From: a virus
Direction: 5' to 3' (one strand)
Length of the DNA stretch: 64,000 nucleotides
Virus record (IMG/VR): IMGVR_UViG_3300042896_000657
Location: 49,981 to 113,980 of that record
The notes under the pieces: generated by a model
The model's database searches: none
What the model was told of the DNA's origin: nothing
What the model saw: only the letters and a program-made list of their open reading frames with translations
In this document: piece after piece, positions 55,232 to 64,000 of the stretch
How the letters are laid out: every line of letters starts with the position of its first letter
How positions within the stretch are numbered: the stretch's first letter is position 1
Position numbers and translations under genes: made by a program

Positions 55232-58200
55232 TATTCAAATAGTAGGTAATATATTAAATAGTTCAACTATTTCTCGTTATTCTAATCAAGATACTAATCT
55301 TCTTACATCATTTCAGGTGCAAGAAAATTTTGGAGATACTAACGACTATATAGAATATTATGTATATGATGCTGGTAGAAATTTATTAAATATAAATTAT
55401 AATTATCAAGATTATAAACTTCCACCTTCATCAGGATTAACACCTGGAGTTTCAACCCCTCCAAATACTAATAACTCTATACCATCATCTGATGTTGGTA
55501 TGGTTTCAAATACTAATACTCAAACAGGTTCTTTATATCCAATAATTGAAATAGATCCTATTAAAGATTTAGAAAATTATGGTTATACTTCTGGGGAGTT
55601 TGTTGTTCAATATAATTTTTTTAATAATAAAATTTCATCTCCTGCAGCAGAATTATTTATTAAAGAAATATCTTCTAACAGAACTGAAATAAGTGTAATA
55701 TCTACTACATTAACTAATAATGAAATAGAAGAAGGATTTAATTCTTTAATATCAGAAATTAGTGGTTCTGTATATTTTGTAGATTATTTATTAAATTTTG
55801 GTAATAATCAACAAGTATTATCTGTTAATGTTGCTTTAAATAAGTTAGATACTGGATACGAAATATTATTTAAATTATATGAACCACTTTCTAATGAAAT
55901 TACTGAAAAAACTCAATTGTGGGTTGTTGATGAAAAAGTAGATCCCTATGTTTTTAATATTAATTTAGATACTTTAATTACACCTCCAACAGGTTCACAA
56001 TTAAGAGGACCTAATTTTAATATTACTTTAAATCAACAAGGAACAATATCAACAACATATCAAAATCAAGATCAATTATTAAATAATTTAAAATCAATAC
56101 AAAGTTCTTCATATAGTAAGATATTAAACTTATTAAATACTCAAAGTATTGATATTAATGTGGATTATACTAACTTTTCAGATTTTTCATTCTTTGGTTC
56201 TGTAAAACAAAGATTACAAAATTTTTATACTAAAGCAAAACAAATAGAAGATTATAATACTATTATATCATCGTATACTCCATATGTTACTACTACTAGT
56301 AGTTTATCTTTAGAAATTACATCATCTGTTAATAATATAAACAGTATAATTTCTCAATTTGATGGTTTTGAATATTATTTGTATTTTGAATCTAGTTCAT
56401 ATACATGGCCTAAAACAACATCTACATTACCATATATTTTAGCAACTACTTCATCATCTGCTACATGGTATAATAATTATATTAATGTAGCAACAACATA
56501 TGATGAAAATAATGTAAATAATTTACAAAATTCTGTACCATCTTTCATTATTGATGATCATGATAATAATGAATATTTGATCTTCTTAAATATGATAGGT
56601 CAATATTTTGATAATATTTGGATTTTTTTAAAAGCAGTTACAGACATTAATTTAGCTAATAATAATTTAGAACAAGGTGTATCTAAAGACTTAGTATATT
56701 ATGTTTTAAAATCATATGGTGTTAAATTATATAATTCTCAAGGTGGAGAAGATTTAAATCAATTTTTAATAGGATATGATTCAGGATCTGCAAATTTTGA
56801 TAATAATTTTTCACCAACAGGAAGTTATTTAAATAATATTCCTCGTAAAGATTTATTATCTGAAATATATAAAAGAATTTACCATAATTTACCATATTTA
56901 GTAAAAAATAAAGGTACTATTAAGGGTGTTGAAGGATTAATTAATGTATTTGGTATTACTGGTAGCATATTAAATTCTAAAGAATATGGTGGGGGTACAA
57001 AATCCCAATTACTTAAAGGATATAATAATGATAAAGTAAGAGTAATAGATAATGGAATAACAGGGAGTGTATTATCACCTTTTATATCATTACAAACATT
57101 CCCTACTTCATCTACACAATTTATAGATGATGATTTGCATTATTTAGATGTATCTTTTTCACCTCAATCACAAATAGATACTTATGTATCTACTTCAATA
57201 TCAATTGCAAACCCAACATTTGTTTTAGATGATTATATTGGAGATCCTAGACAACAATATGATACAACATATCCTGATTTAATAAAACAACGTAATATAT
57301 ATTTTGCTCCATTTACTGGTTCATATATGGATTATAATGGTTTTATTAGATTAATTCAATTTTTTGATAATGCTTTATTTAAAATGATGGAGGATTTTAT
57401 TCCTGCTCGAACTAGCTTATCAACAGGTATAACAATAGATTCACCAGTTTTAGAACGTAATAAAATATCGTATGCCAAACCTATTTTTGCAAACCAAGAA
57501 GTATATACAGCTGAATACCAATCTTCATCCATTAGTGCTCAATATGGAACTTTATATAATAATCTCCCTGGGGATAAGGCAGCTTATTACAATGGTGAAT
57601 TAAGTGGTAGTCAAATAGATATATATAATTCTTATTTTATCCCTGCTAATTTTAATCCATACTTAGGAGATACAAGTTCATATAATTCTCAAAATACAAT
57701 AGAAGATCATATAAGCTTAAATAGATTTAATCATTCTGAATATAATGTATTATTAAATAATGTATCTTCTAGTTTAATATCTGACTACAGAAAATTATAT
57801 GAACCAATATATGGTACTACATCATCTATATTATCTCCTGTTCAACTTCAAGATTCATATTTATCTTTAAAATCATATCAAACATCAAGACATGAAGGTT
57901 CTAAATTAATTAGTTTAAAATATAATACATATACTAGTTCTTCATATACTAGTTCTGATGATTTTACTTCAATATATGGAGATAAATCATATGGAAAAAC
58001 AGCTGTTATTGATCATTATGTTAGAAAAATTGGTTTATTTACTCAAATAGAAAGTAGTTCTTATTTACCTCTAAGAAATAATATATCAATAAAATATTTG
58101 GTTGATGAGAATGGTAATTTAACTGAATTAAACCAACAAAATAAACATTGGGAAGAAATTCAAAATACCTTTAAATCTTATAATACTTTAGATGTTTCAT

Positions 58201-58973
58201 TATTTGATAATAAAAAATTTAGTAATCAAAAATTAACTGAAGGGAATAAACCAATATTTGATAGTGGATATTCATATTCTCCTATTTTTTATGGTACTGG
58301 ATCTTGTAATATAAATAATGTTTCATATTTTGAAAATATAGATAATCCATCAGCTTATTTAGCTACAGCTAATAATACTTTTTCTCCTTTTTTCATCAGT
58401 GGAAGTAATACAAATCAATATCCATTAAAACCATCTGGATCCGTATATATTGTTTCTAACTTATTTAATAATGTTATACAAGGAGGAGCATATTTTTCTC
58501 CAGGTGGAGCTACAATTAACAATTTTCCATCATATTCTATACAAGAAAAAGGAATACATAATATACAATCATCTTTTAATTTTGATATAACATTAAATTC
58601 AGATACAACAAATTCAACTACATTTGCTTTACAAGCCTGGGCAAGTGGTTCAACTAGAAATACATTAATAACTTCAATTCAAAAAACTTTTAGTACAATT
58701 GATTCTGTATATTCAATGACATTAGCATATATTAGTGGTGGTTCTCCTCTAAATGTTTGTGATACTATGACAGGCGCAACTATAGCAGGTTTATTTTTAT
58801 CAACACCTACATTACAACCTAATATAACTATTGTTTATACAGATACAATAGGAACTTTATTAACAGGCGCAAGTTATGTAGTTGCTAACCCAACAGGTGG
58901 TAATATAATATATGAAATAAATTCAGTTGATGGAAAATTAGGAAATCCAACAGGATTATCATGTCCTATTTAA
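55221..58973 (+). CDS. large baseplate/tail structural protein
   Basis: MIGQYFDNIW, KRIYHNLPYL.K.KGT (gp7/tail-I-like) motifs. Confidence 0.75.
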   Translation: MANNIQIVGNILNSSTISRYSNQDTNLLTSFQVQENFGDTNDYIEYYVYDAGRNLLNINYNYQDYKLPPSSGLTPGVSTPPNTNNSIPSSDVGMVSNTNTQTGSLYPIIEIDPIKDLENYGYTSGEFVVQYNFFNNKISSPAAELFIKEISSNRTEISVISTTLTNNEIEEGFNSLISEISGSVYFVDYLLNFGNNQQVLSVNVALNKLDTGYEILFKLYEPLSNEITEKTQLWVVDEKVDPYVFNINLDTLITPPTGSQLRGPNFNITLNQQGTISTTYQNQDQLLNNLKSIQSSSYSKILNLLNTQSIDINVDYTNFSDFSFFGSVKQRLQNFYTKAKQIEDYNTIISSYTPYVTTTSSLSLEITSSVNNINSIISQFDGFEYYLYFESSSYTWPKTTSTLPYILATTSSSATWYNNYINVATTYDENNVNNLQNSVPSFIIDDHDNNEYLIFLNMIGQYFDNIWIFLKAVTDINLANNNLEQGVSKDLVYYVLKSYGVKLYNSQGGEDLNQFLIGYDSGSANFDNNFSPTGSYLNNIPRKDLLSEIYKRIYHNLPYLVKNKGTIKGVEGLINVFGITGSILNSKEYGGGTKSQLLKGYNNDKVRVIDNGITGSVLSPFISLQTFPTSSTQFIDDDLHYLDVSFSPQSQIDTYVSTSISIANPTFVLDDYIGDPRQQYDTTYPDLIKQRNIYFAPFTGSYMDYNGFIRLIQFFDNALFKMMEDFIPARTSLSTGITIDSPVLERNKISYAKPIFANQEVYTAEYQSSSISAQYGTLYNNLPGDKAAYYNGELSGSQIDIYNSYFIPANFNPYLGDTSSYNSQNTIEDHISLNRFNHSEYNVLLNNVSSSLISDYRKLYEPIYGTTSSILSPVQLQDSYLSLKSYQTSRHEGSKLISLKYNTYTSSSYTSSDDFTSIYGDKSYGKTAVIDHYVRKIGLFTQIESSSYLPLRNNISIKYLVDENGNLTELNQQNKHWEEIQNTFKSYNTLDVSLFDNKKFSNQKLTEGNKPIFDSGYSYSPIFYGTGSCNINNVSYFENIDNPSAYLATANNTFSPFFISGSNTNQYPLKPSGSVYIVSNLFNNVIQGGAYFSPGGATINNFPSYSIQEKGIHNIQSSFNFDITLNSDTTNSTTFALQAWASGSTRNTLITSIQKTFSTIDSVYSMTLAYISGGSPLNVCDTMTGATIAGLFLSTPTLQPNITIVYTDTIGTLLTGASYVVANPTGGNIIYEINSVDGKLGNPTGLSCPI

Positions 58974-58984
58974 AAATATAAATA

Positions 58985-59716
58985 ATGGCTTATAAAACAT
59001 TTACAGACTCTTTTACATTATCTACAACATTTGATTTAAATGCTGGTGAAAAGATTGTATTTAAATTAGTACAATTAAATTCTACTACTAATGATTTTAC
59101 TGCATCTATATCTACTGGTAATTTAACAGTATCATCTTTAACTCCTTCAATAGGATATGTTTCTACAACTTGCCCTTATTTAGCAACATCATCTTTAATA
59201 AATAATGAATTAAAACTAACTTCAGGTTCAACTGATTTACATGATAATGGTTATATATTTACCCCAAACCCATTAGGTTTACCTCAAAATCCATTGTATC
59301 CAATATATGGAGATGTAGATTATCCATTCACAATTAAACCATTTGATATAATATTATTATATTTAAATGATGGTACTTATGTAGAATATAGAGTATTAAG
59401 TTTACGTGTTGAAAGTGGTGAGTTAATAATGACTTTAGATTCATCATTATCAGAAACAACAAAAACAAGTATAGCTAATAATACATTAAATAAATTTTTA
59501 ATATTAACAAGAATTAAAGATGAAACTAATGCTTCTATAATATATAAAAAAAGATCAGGTAAAACATCTTATGGATTTATAATACCAGATAATTTGTCTC
59601 CTGAAGTTTTAGCTAAAATAGATACAATTACAAGAGAAGTAAAACAAAAATTAATAAATGAACAACAAACAGTAGAAGTAAATAGTATTAACACTATAGA
59701 TGGTGGAGAAATTTAA
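58985..59716 (+). CDS. virion structural protein
   Basis: ORF in structural cluster. Confidence 0.7.
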   Translation: MAYKTFTDSFTLSTTFDLNAGEKIVFKLVQLNSTTNDFTASISTGNLTVSSLTPSIGYVSTTCPYLATSSLINNELKLTSGSTDLHDNGYIFTPNPLGLPQNPLYPIYGDVDYPFTIKPFDIILLYLNDGTYVEYRVLSLRVESGELIMTLDSSLSETTKTSIANNTLNKFLILTRIKDETNASIIYKKRSGKTSYGFIIPDNLSPEVLAKIDTITREVKQKLINEQQTVEVNSINTIDGGEI

Positions 59717-59750
59717 TTCTAATATATTTATATCATATACATAAAATAAT

Positions 59751-60416
59751 ATGGCAATATTAAACCCAAGCACAGTAACAGTAGACGCTATCCTTACTAC
59801 AAAAGGACGTGAATTATTAGCACGTAATGATGGATCTTTCCAAATAACACAATTTTCATTAGCAGATGATGAAATAGATTATACATTATATAATCCAAAC
59901 CAACCATCTGGATCTGCATTTTATGGTGAAGCTATCGAAGCTATGCCAATAATTGAAGCATTTCCTAATGAATCTCAAATAATGAGATATAAATTAGTAA
60001 CTTTACCACGTGGTACTAGTAGATTACCTGTTATCAATGTAGGATATAGTAGTATTATTTTAAAACAAGGTGCTTCATTAACTATCACTCCTCAAACTCT
60101 AAATTATTTAGGTGCTACAAGTACTTTTGAAGCAAATGGATATATTGTAACAGTAGCAGATAGTAGATTATTATCATCTTTCCAAGGTACAGGTATTAAT
60201 ACCACTACTTTAGGTACTACCGATTTAAATACCACTACTGGCACCGTATTATCGTTAAGTCAAATAGGTACATCGTTTACTTTAACCGGTACAACAATTA
60301 ATACTTTATTTGGAACAACGTTGACTACATTAACTACTACAATAACATTTATTGGTAGAGATAGCGGAGCCAGAATAACTATTCCATTAAATATACAAAA
60401 AGTATCAACAACATAA
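59751..60416 (+). CDS. virion structural protein (DAILTxKGR family)
   Basis: VDAILTTKGRELLA, FSLADDEIDY. Confidence 0.75.
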   Translation: MAILNPSTVTVDAILTTKGRELLARNDGSFQITQFSLADDEIDYTLYNPNQPSGSAFYGEAIEAMPIIEAFPNESQIMRYKLVTLPRGTSRLPVINVGYSSIILKQGASLTITPQTLNYLGATSTFEANGYIVTVADSRLLSSFQGTGINTTTLGTTDLNTTTGTVLSLSQIGTSFTLTGTTINTLFGTTLTTLTTTITFIGRDSGARITIPLNIQKVSTT

Positions 60417-60429
60417 TTAAAAATAAAAT

Positions 60430-61410
60430 ATGTCATTTGTAAGATATAACACTGATGATTCAGTAATAAGTGCCGAAACCGTAGTTAGAGGTTTATGGAG
60501 TGGAGATAATAATTCTTTATCTTCTTTCTTTACATCTAGTAACTATACCGAATATTATTTAGATGTATACCAAAACACCCCAACTACTACTGGTTCAAGT
60601 GTTCAATTTGATATTCAATATGGTAATATCAATGGTTCAGGTTCAGCTCCAATTAACCCCACAGTAAATGGATATTCACCATCACGAATTGTTTATGGTC
60701 AATATAGAAATTTAGTTTATGGTACCGAAACAACTAATTTTAGTTTTGATGGAGGTATTACAACAGCTAGAGATATATATGTTGTAAATATTTCTAGAGC
60801 AAGATATAAAGAATCATTACAACCTGGATCCTTAAATTTAGTTTTAGCTAGTGGTAGTAGTTATATAAGATTAACAGATGATAGTAATACTACTAATTTA
60901 ACTCGTTTTATCGGAGAAAATAGAATATTTAATATTATTAGTGGAAGTAATGGTAATGCTTTTACATCAAGTGCTGCTACCACATATTATGGTATGGTAT
61001 TACCTGATTTAGGTGTTATAATTTTAAATGCTAGTGGAACATTAAGTCCTTATATTGCTACCCCAACCCAAACTACATCTTCAGTTAATAATCATTTAAA
61101 ATTATTTACATCAATAGTTTCTGGTTCAGCATCTGGTAGTTTTACATTACAATCTTCAGAAACTGTATCATCTCGTTATTTTTTTACAAGAGTAAAAAAT
61201 AGTGATTTTAATTATACTACTAATCCTTCAATTATAGATGACAATGGTAATATATTATATACAACTTTAATTAATAATCCACAAACATTTATCACTACAG
61301 TAGGTATGTATAATGATTCTAATGAATTATTAGCAGTAGCCAAATTATCAAAACCATTAGTAAAGGATTTTACTAAAGAAGCACTTATTCGCGTTAAGTT
61401 AGATTATTAA
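60430..61410 (+). CDS. virion structural protein
   Basis: C-terminal ITTVGMYND.NELLAVAKLSKP motif. Confidence 0.75.
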   Translation: MSFVRYNTDDSVISAETVVRGLWSGDNNSLSSFFTSSNYTEYYLDVYQNTPTTTGSSVQFDIQYGNINGSGSAPINPTVNGYSPSRIVYGQYRNLVYGTETTNFSFDGGITTARDIYVVNISRARYKESLQPGSLNLVLASGSSYIRLTDDSNTTNLTRFIGENRIFNIISGSNGNAFTSSAATTYYGMVLPDLGVIILNASGTLSPYIATPTQTTSSVNNHLKLFTSIVSGSASGSFTLQSSETVSSRYFFTRVKNSDFNYTTNPSIIDDNGNILYTTLINNPQTFITTVGMYNDSNELLAVAKLSKPLVKDFTKEALIRVKLDY

Positions 61411-61415
61411 TATGT

Positions 61416-63104
61416 ATGTCTTCATTCAAAAAATTAAAATCATCTGATGTTACGTTATCACCGTATATTGCTAATAAACAGTGGTCTGTAAACCAGTGTT
61501 ATCCTTCAAGTGGTTCTTATTTTACTATATATAAAGGGACTAATTTAACAAGTAGTTTTAATTCATTTACAGATCCCGTAACTGAAGAACAATATGAAAG
61601 ATTAGTATATGATTCAATAAATCATTTATTTTATCAATCATATAATGGAGATACATTAAATACCCAATCTCTATCTGTTTCATTATTTTATGAATCATCT
61701 TCTGAACAAAGACCTACAAATTCATATTTTGTATATAATGAAAATCCTGCTTTTATAACAAATTATCCTTCAGGTGCTAATGCTGGTATTCGTGTATTAG
61801 CTATAAATCAAGATATATATGGTTCTCAAATATTACCCTATAATTTTAAACTATCTTCATCAGCATATTATATTAAAGACGATGGTAATGGAAATTTATA
61901 TGACATAGCATCTGGATCAGTTCACATAGGAAATATTTTTTACCCACAAGGTATATCAGTAATTACAAATCCTGATTATCAGTTAATGTTCCCTTTACCT
62001 CCATTAGCTGTTAATGATTATTATATTTATAAATTAAGTGATATTAATAAACTGATTACCCCATTATCTAATGATATAGCTAGAAGTGGTAATTTAATTA
62101 CCTCCTCAATAATATTATCAGGTAGTCAAGCATCAGGTACTACAAATATATTGGGTTTTAATCCTCCATTCAAATCTTCATATTTTAATATAAATTTAAA
62201 TGGAACAGGTAGTGTAACAGCTAGTGCTGTTGGTACTTATGAAGTATATTATACTGTTGAAGCTAATTTAAATAATGGATGTGATAATTTAATTAGTAAT
62301 AAAGCAAAAATAGTAGTTGATATTACAGATCCTGATTGTAATTTTGCATTTACTGCCGTATTTGTACCAACAACAACCACCACAAGTACTACTACCTCAA
62401 CAACTACTACAACATCAACTACTACAACATCAACTACAAGTACTACAACAACAACTACCGCTGCACCTACTACAACATCAACTACAAGTACTACAACAAC
62501 AACTACCGCTGCACCTACTACCACAACAACAACTGCTACACCAACAACTACAACCACAACTGCTGCACCAACTACAACAACAACTACCGCTGCACCAATT
62601 ATAACAACAACCACCACTACAGAAGCACCTACAACTACAACCACAACTGCTACACCAACTACAACTACAACTACAGAGGCACCTACAACTACAACTACAA
62701 CTACAGAGGCACCTACAACTACAACTACAACTACAGAGGCACCTACAACTACAACTACAACTACAACTGCTGCACCTCCACCTGAACAAAATTGTGAATT
62801 ATACACTTTATTTATTTCACAAGATGATTTAGATCTGGCAAAAGAAGATGAGAAAGTTATATATGTAAATTATTATAATTGTGCTGATCCTACTGTATTG
62901 ACTACTATTAGTTATACTATTGCTGGAACATATCCTGATGCATTTTGTTGGTGTGTTTTAACACCTAGTCCATTCCTATATTACTATGACCAATCAGAAC
63001 CACCAGATATAACAGTTGCTATGAATTCAACAGCAGGTTCATATAGTACTGGAGTAGATTGTGGAATATGTGGTGGATATAGTGGAGGTGGTGGAGGATT
63101 ATAA
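61416..63104 (+). CDS. virion protein with mucin-like Thr-rich repeat
   Basis: About 135-aa (T)nAAP/EAP tract encoded at 62368-62775; Cys-rich C-terminus. Confidence 0.75.
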   Translation: MSSFKKLKSSDVTLSPYIANKQWSVNQCYPSSGSYFTIYKGTNLTSSFNSFTDPVTEEQYERLVYDSINHLFYQSYNGDTLNTQSLSVSLFYESSSEQRPTNSYFVYNENPAFITNYPSGANAGIRVLAINQDIYGSQILPYNFKLSSSAYYIKDDGNGNLYDIASGSVHIGNIFYPQGISVITNPDYQLMFPLPPLAVNDYYIYKLSDINKLITPLSNDIARSGNLITSSIILSGSQASGTTNILGFNPPFKSSYFNINLNGTGSVTASAVGTYEVYYTVEANLNNGCDNLISNKAKIVVDITDPDCNFAFTAVFVPTTTTTSTTTSTTTTTSTTTTSTTSTTTTTTAAPTTTSTTSTTTTTTAAPTTTTTTATPTTTTTTAAPTTTTTTAAPIITTTTTTEAPTTTTTTATPTTTTTTEAPTTTTTTTEAPTTTTTTTEAPTTTTTTTTAAPPPEQNCELYTLFISQDDLDLAKEDEKVIYVNYYNCADPTVLTTISYTIAGTYPDAFCWCVLTPSPFLYYYDQSEPPDITVAMNSTAGSYSTGVDCGICGGYSGGGGGL

Positions 63105-63151
63105 ATAACTTAATAAAATAAAAATACTATAATTATATACAAATAAAAGTT

Positions 63152-64000
63152 ATGAAACAATTAAGATTTATATGTGCTCAACCTTCTACTCTATATTATG
63201 CGTGGCAGGTTGAAGTAATGTTAAACAATTTTATAGAAATGGGTATAAACCCAAACTACATAGATATTGTTTGCTACAAACAAAATAACATAATCCCTGA
63301 TGAGTGGAATAAACTAGCTAATAATTATGCTGCTCGTTTCTTCTTCTATGACGATATACGAGAAACTCGTCATTATATTAGCTCAATCCGACCAAATATC
63401 CTAAAACAACATTGGTTAAAATATCCTGAGTTAGAAAATGATACAATATTATATTTCGATTCAGATATTATTTTTAGCAAACCAACCTCAGAATGGATTA
63501 CAGATGAAATGATTAATGATAATATATGGTATGGTAGTGATACTCGTTGGTATATTGCTCATTCTTATATTAAATCAAAAGGAGATGATATAATAAATAA
63601 GATGTGTGAGATAATGGAAATAGATGAAAACATTATTGAAGCAAATGAATTAAATTGTATTGGAGCACAATATCTAATGAAGGGATTAACTTATGAATTT
63701 TGGAATAGAGTAGAAAGTGATTCTGAAAGATTATTCAAAGAAATAACTGATTTAAATAATGAAAAAATTCAATTAGATAGACATACAATGTCTGAGGAAG
63801 AATCAAGAAAACCTTATCACCCATTACAAATATGGTGTGCTGATATGTGGGCAGTATTATGGGGCGGATGGAGATTAGGATATAAGACTTGTACTCATTC
63901 CAACTTTAATTTTAGTTGGGCTACATCATCTCAAGAAGATTATCATAAAATGAATATAATGCATAATGCTGGAGTTACATCCCCAGATAGTGGATTATTT
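63152..64000 (+). CDS. glycosyltransferase, HPAT/serine-galactosyltransferase-like (partial)
   Basis: YYAWQVEVM, SSIRP, DSD (DxD) motif, WCADMWAV; open to window end. Confidence 0.7.
   Translation, partial: MKQLRFICAQPSTLYYAWQVEVMLNNFIEMGINPNYIDIVCYKQNNIIPDEWNKLANNYAARFFFYDDIRETRHYISSIRPNILKQHWLKYPELENDTILYFDSDIIFSKPTSEWITDEMINDNIWYGSDTRWYIAHSYIKSKGDDIINKMCEIMEIDENIIEANELNCIGAQYLMKGLTYEFWNRVESDSERLFKEITDLNNEKIQLDRHTMSEEESRKPYHPLQIWCADMWAVLWGGWRLGYKTCTHSNFNFSWATSSQEDYHKMNIMHNAGVTSPDSGLF

Noticed and set aside
62249-62806. Poly-Val, Gln/Leu and Cys-Ser ORFs
   Set aside because: Alternative readings of the ACN Thr repeat.

Overview
Very AT-rich, essentially all plus-strand segment of a large (jumbo-type) myovirus. 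The host is probably Bacteroidota: A-rich leaders without Shine-Dalgarno, a DUF4494 gene, and a Bacteroidota-style TonB receptor/lipoprotein pair. Order: envelope/lysis module (1.7-12.3 kb); a 5.3-kb RNA array with about 25 tRNA/tRNA-like genes, tmRNA and a GOLLD-like ncRNA (13.4-18.7 kb); metabolism, RNA-repair and small genes (18.8-37 kb); a block of one-promoter-per-gene small early genes between two non-coding islands (37.3-45.3 kb); and a gp55-like sigma, baseplate/virion genes and a glycosyltransferase (46-64 kb). The most striking signals lie outside the ORF track. (1) A 40-aa leader peptide containing all 20 amino acids in its first 28 codons, with terminator/antiterminator, directly upstream of the tRNA array (putative whole-tRNA-pool-sensing attenuator). 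(2) A small RNA with three hairpin loops and one linear segment antisense to the shared leader and start codon of about 20 early genes. (3) Nine dispersed tRNA-Leu-scaffold RNAs with near-invariant ends and unrelated structured cargo in place of the anticodon arm. (4) Two rearranged D-arm-less Ile-anticodon tRNA-like genes. All calls are by eye; no searches or folding programs were run.
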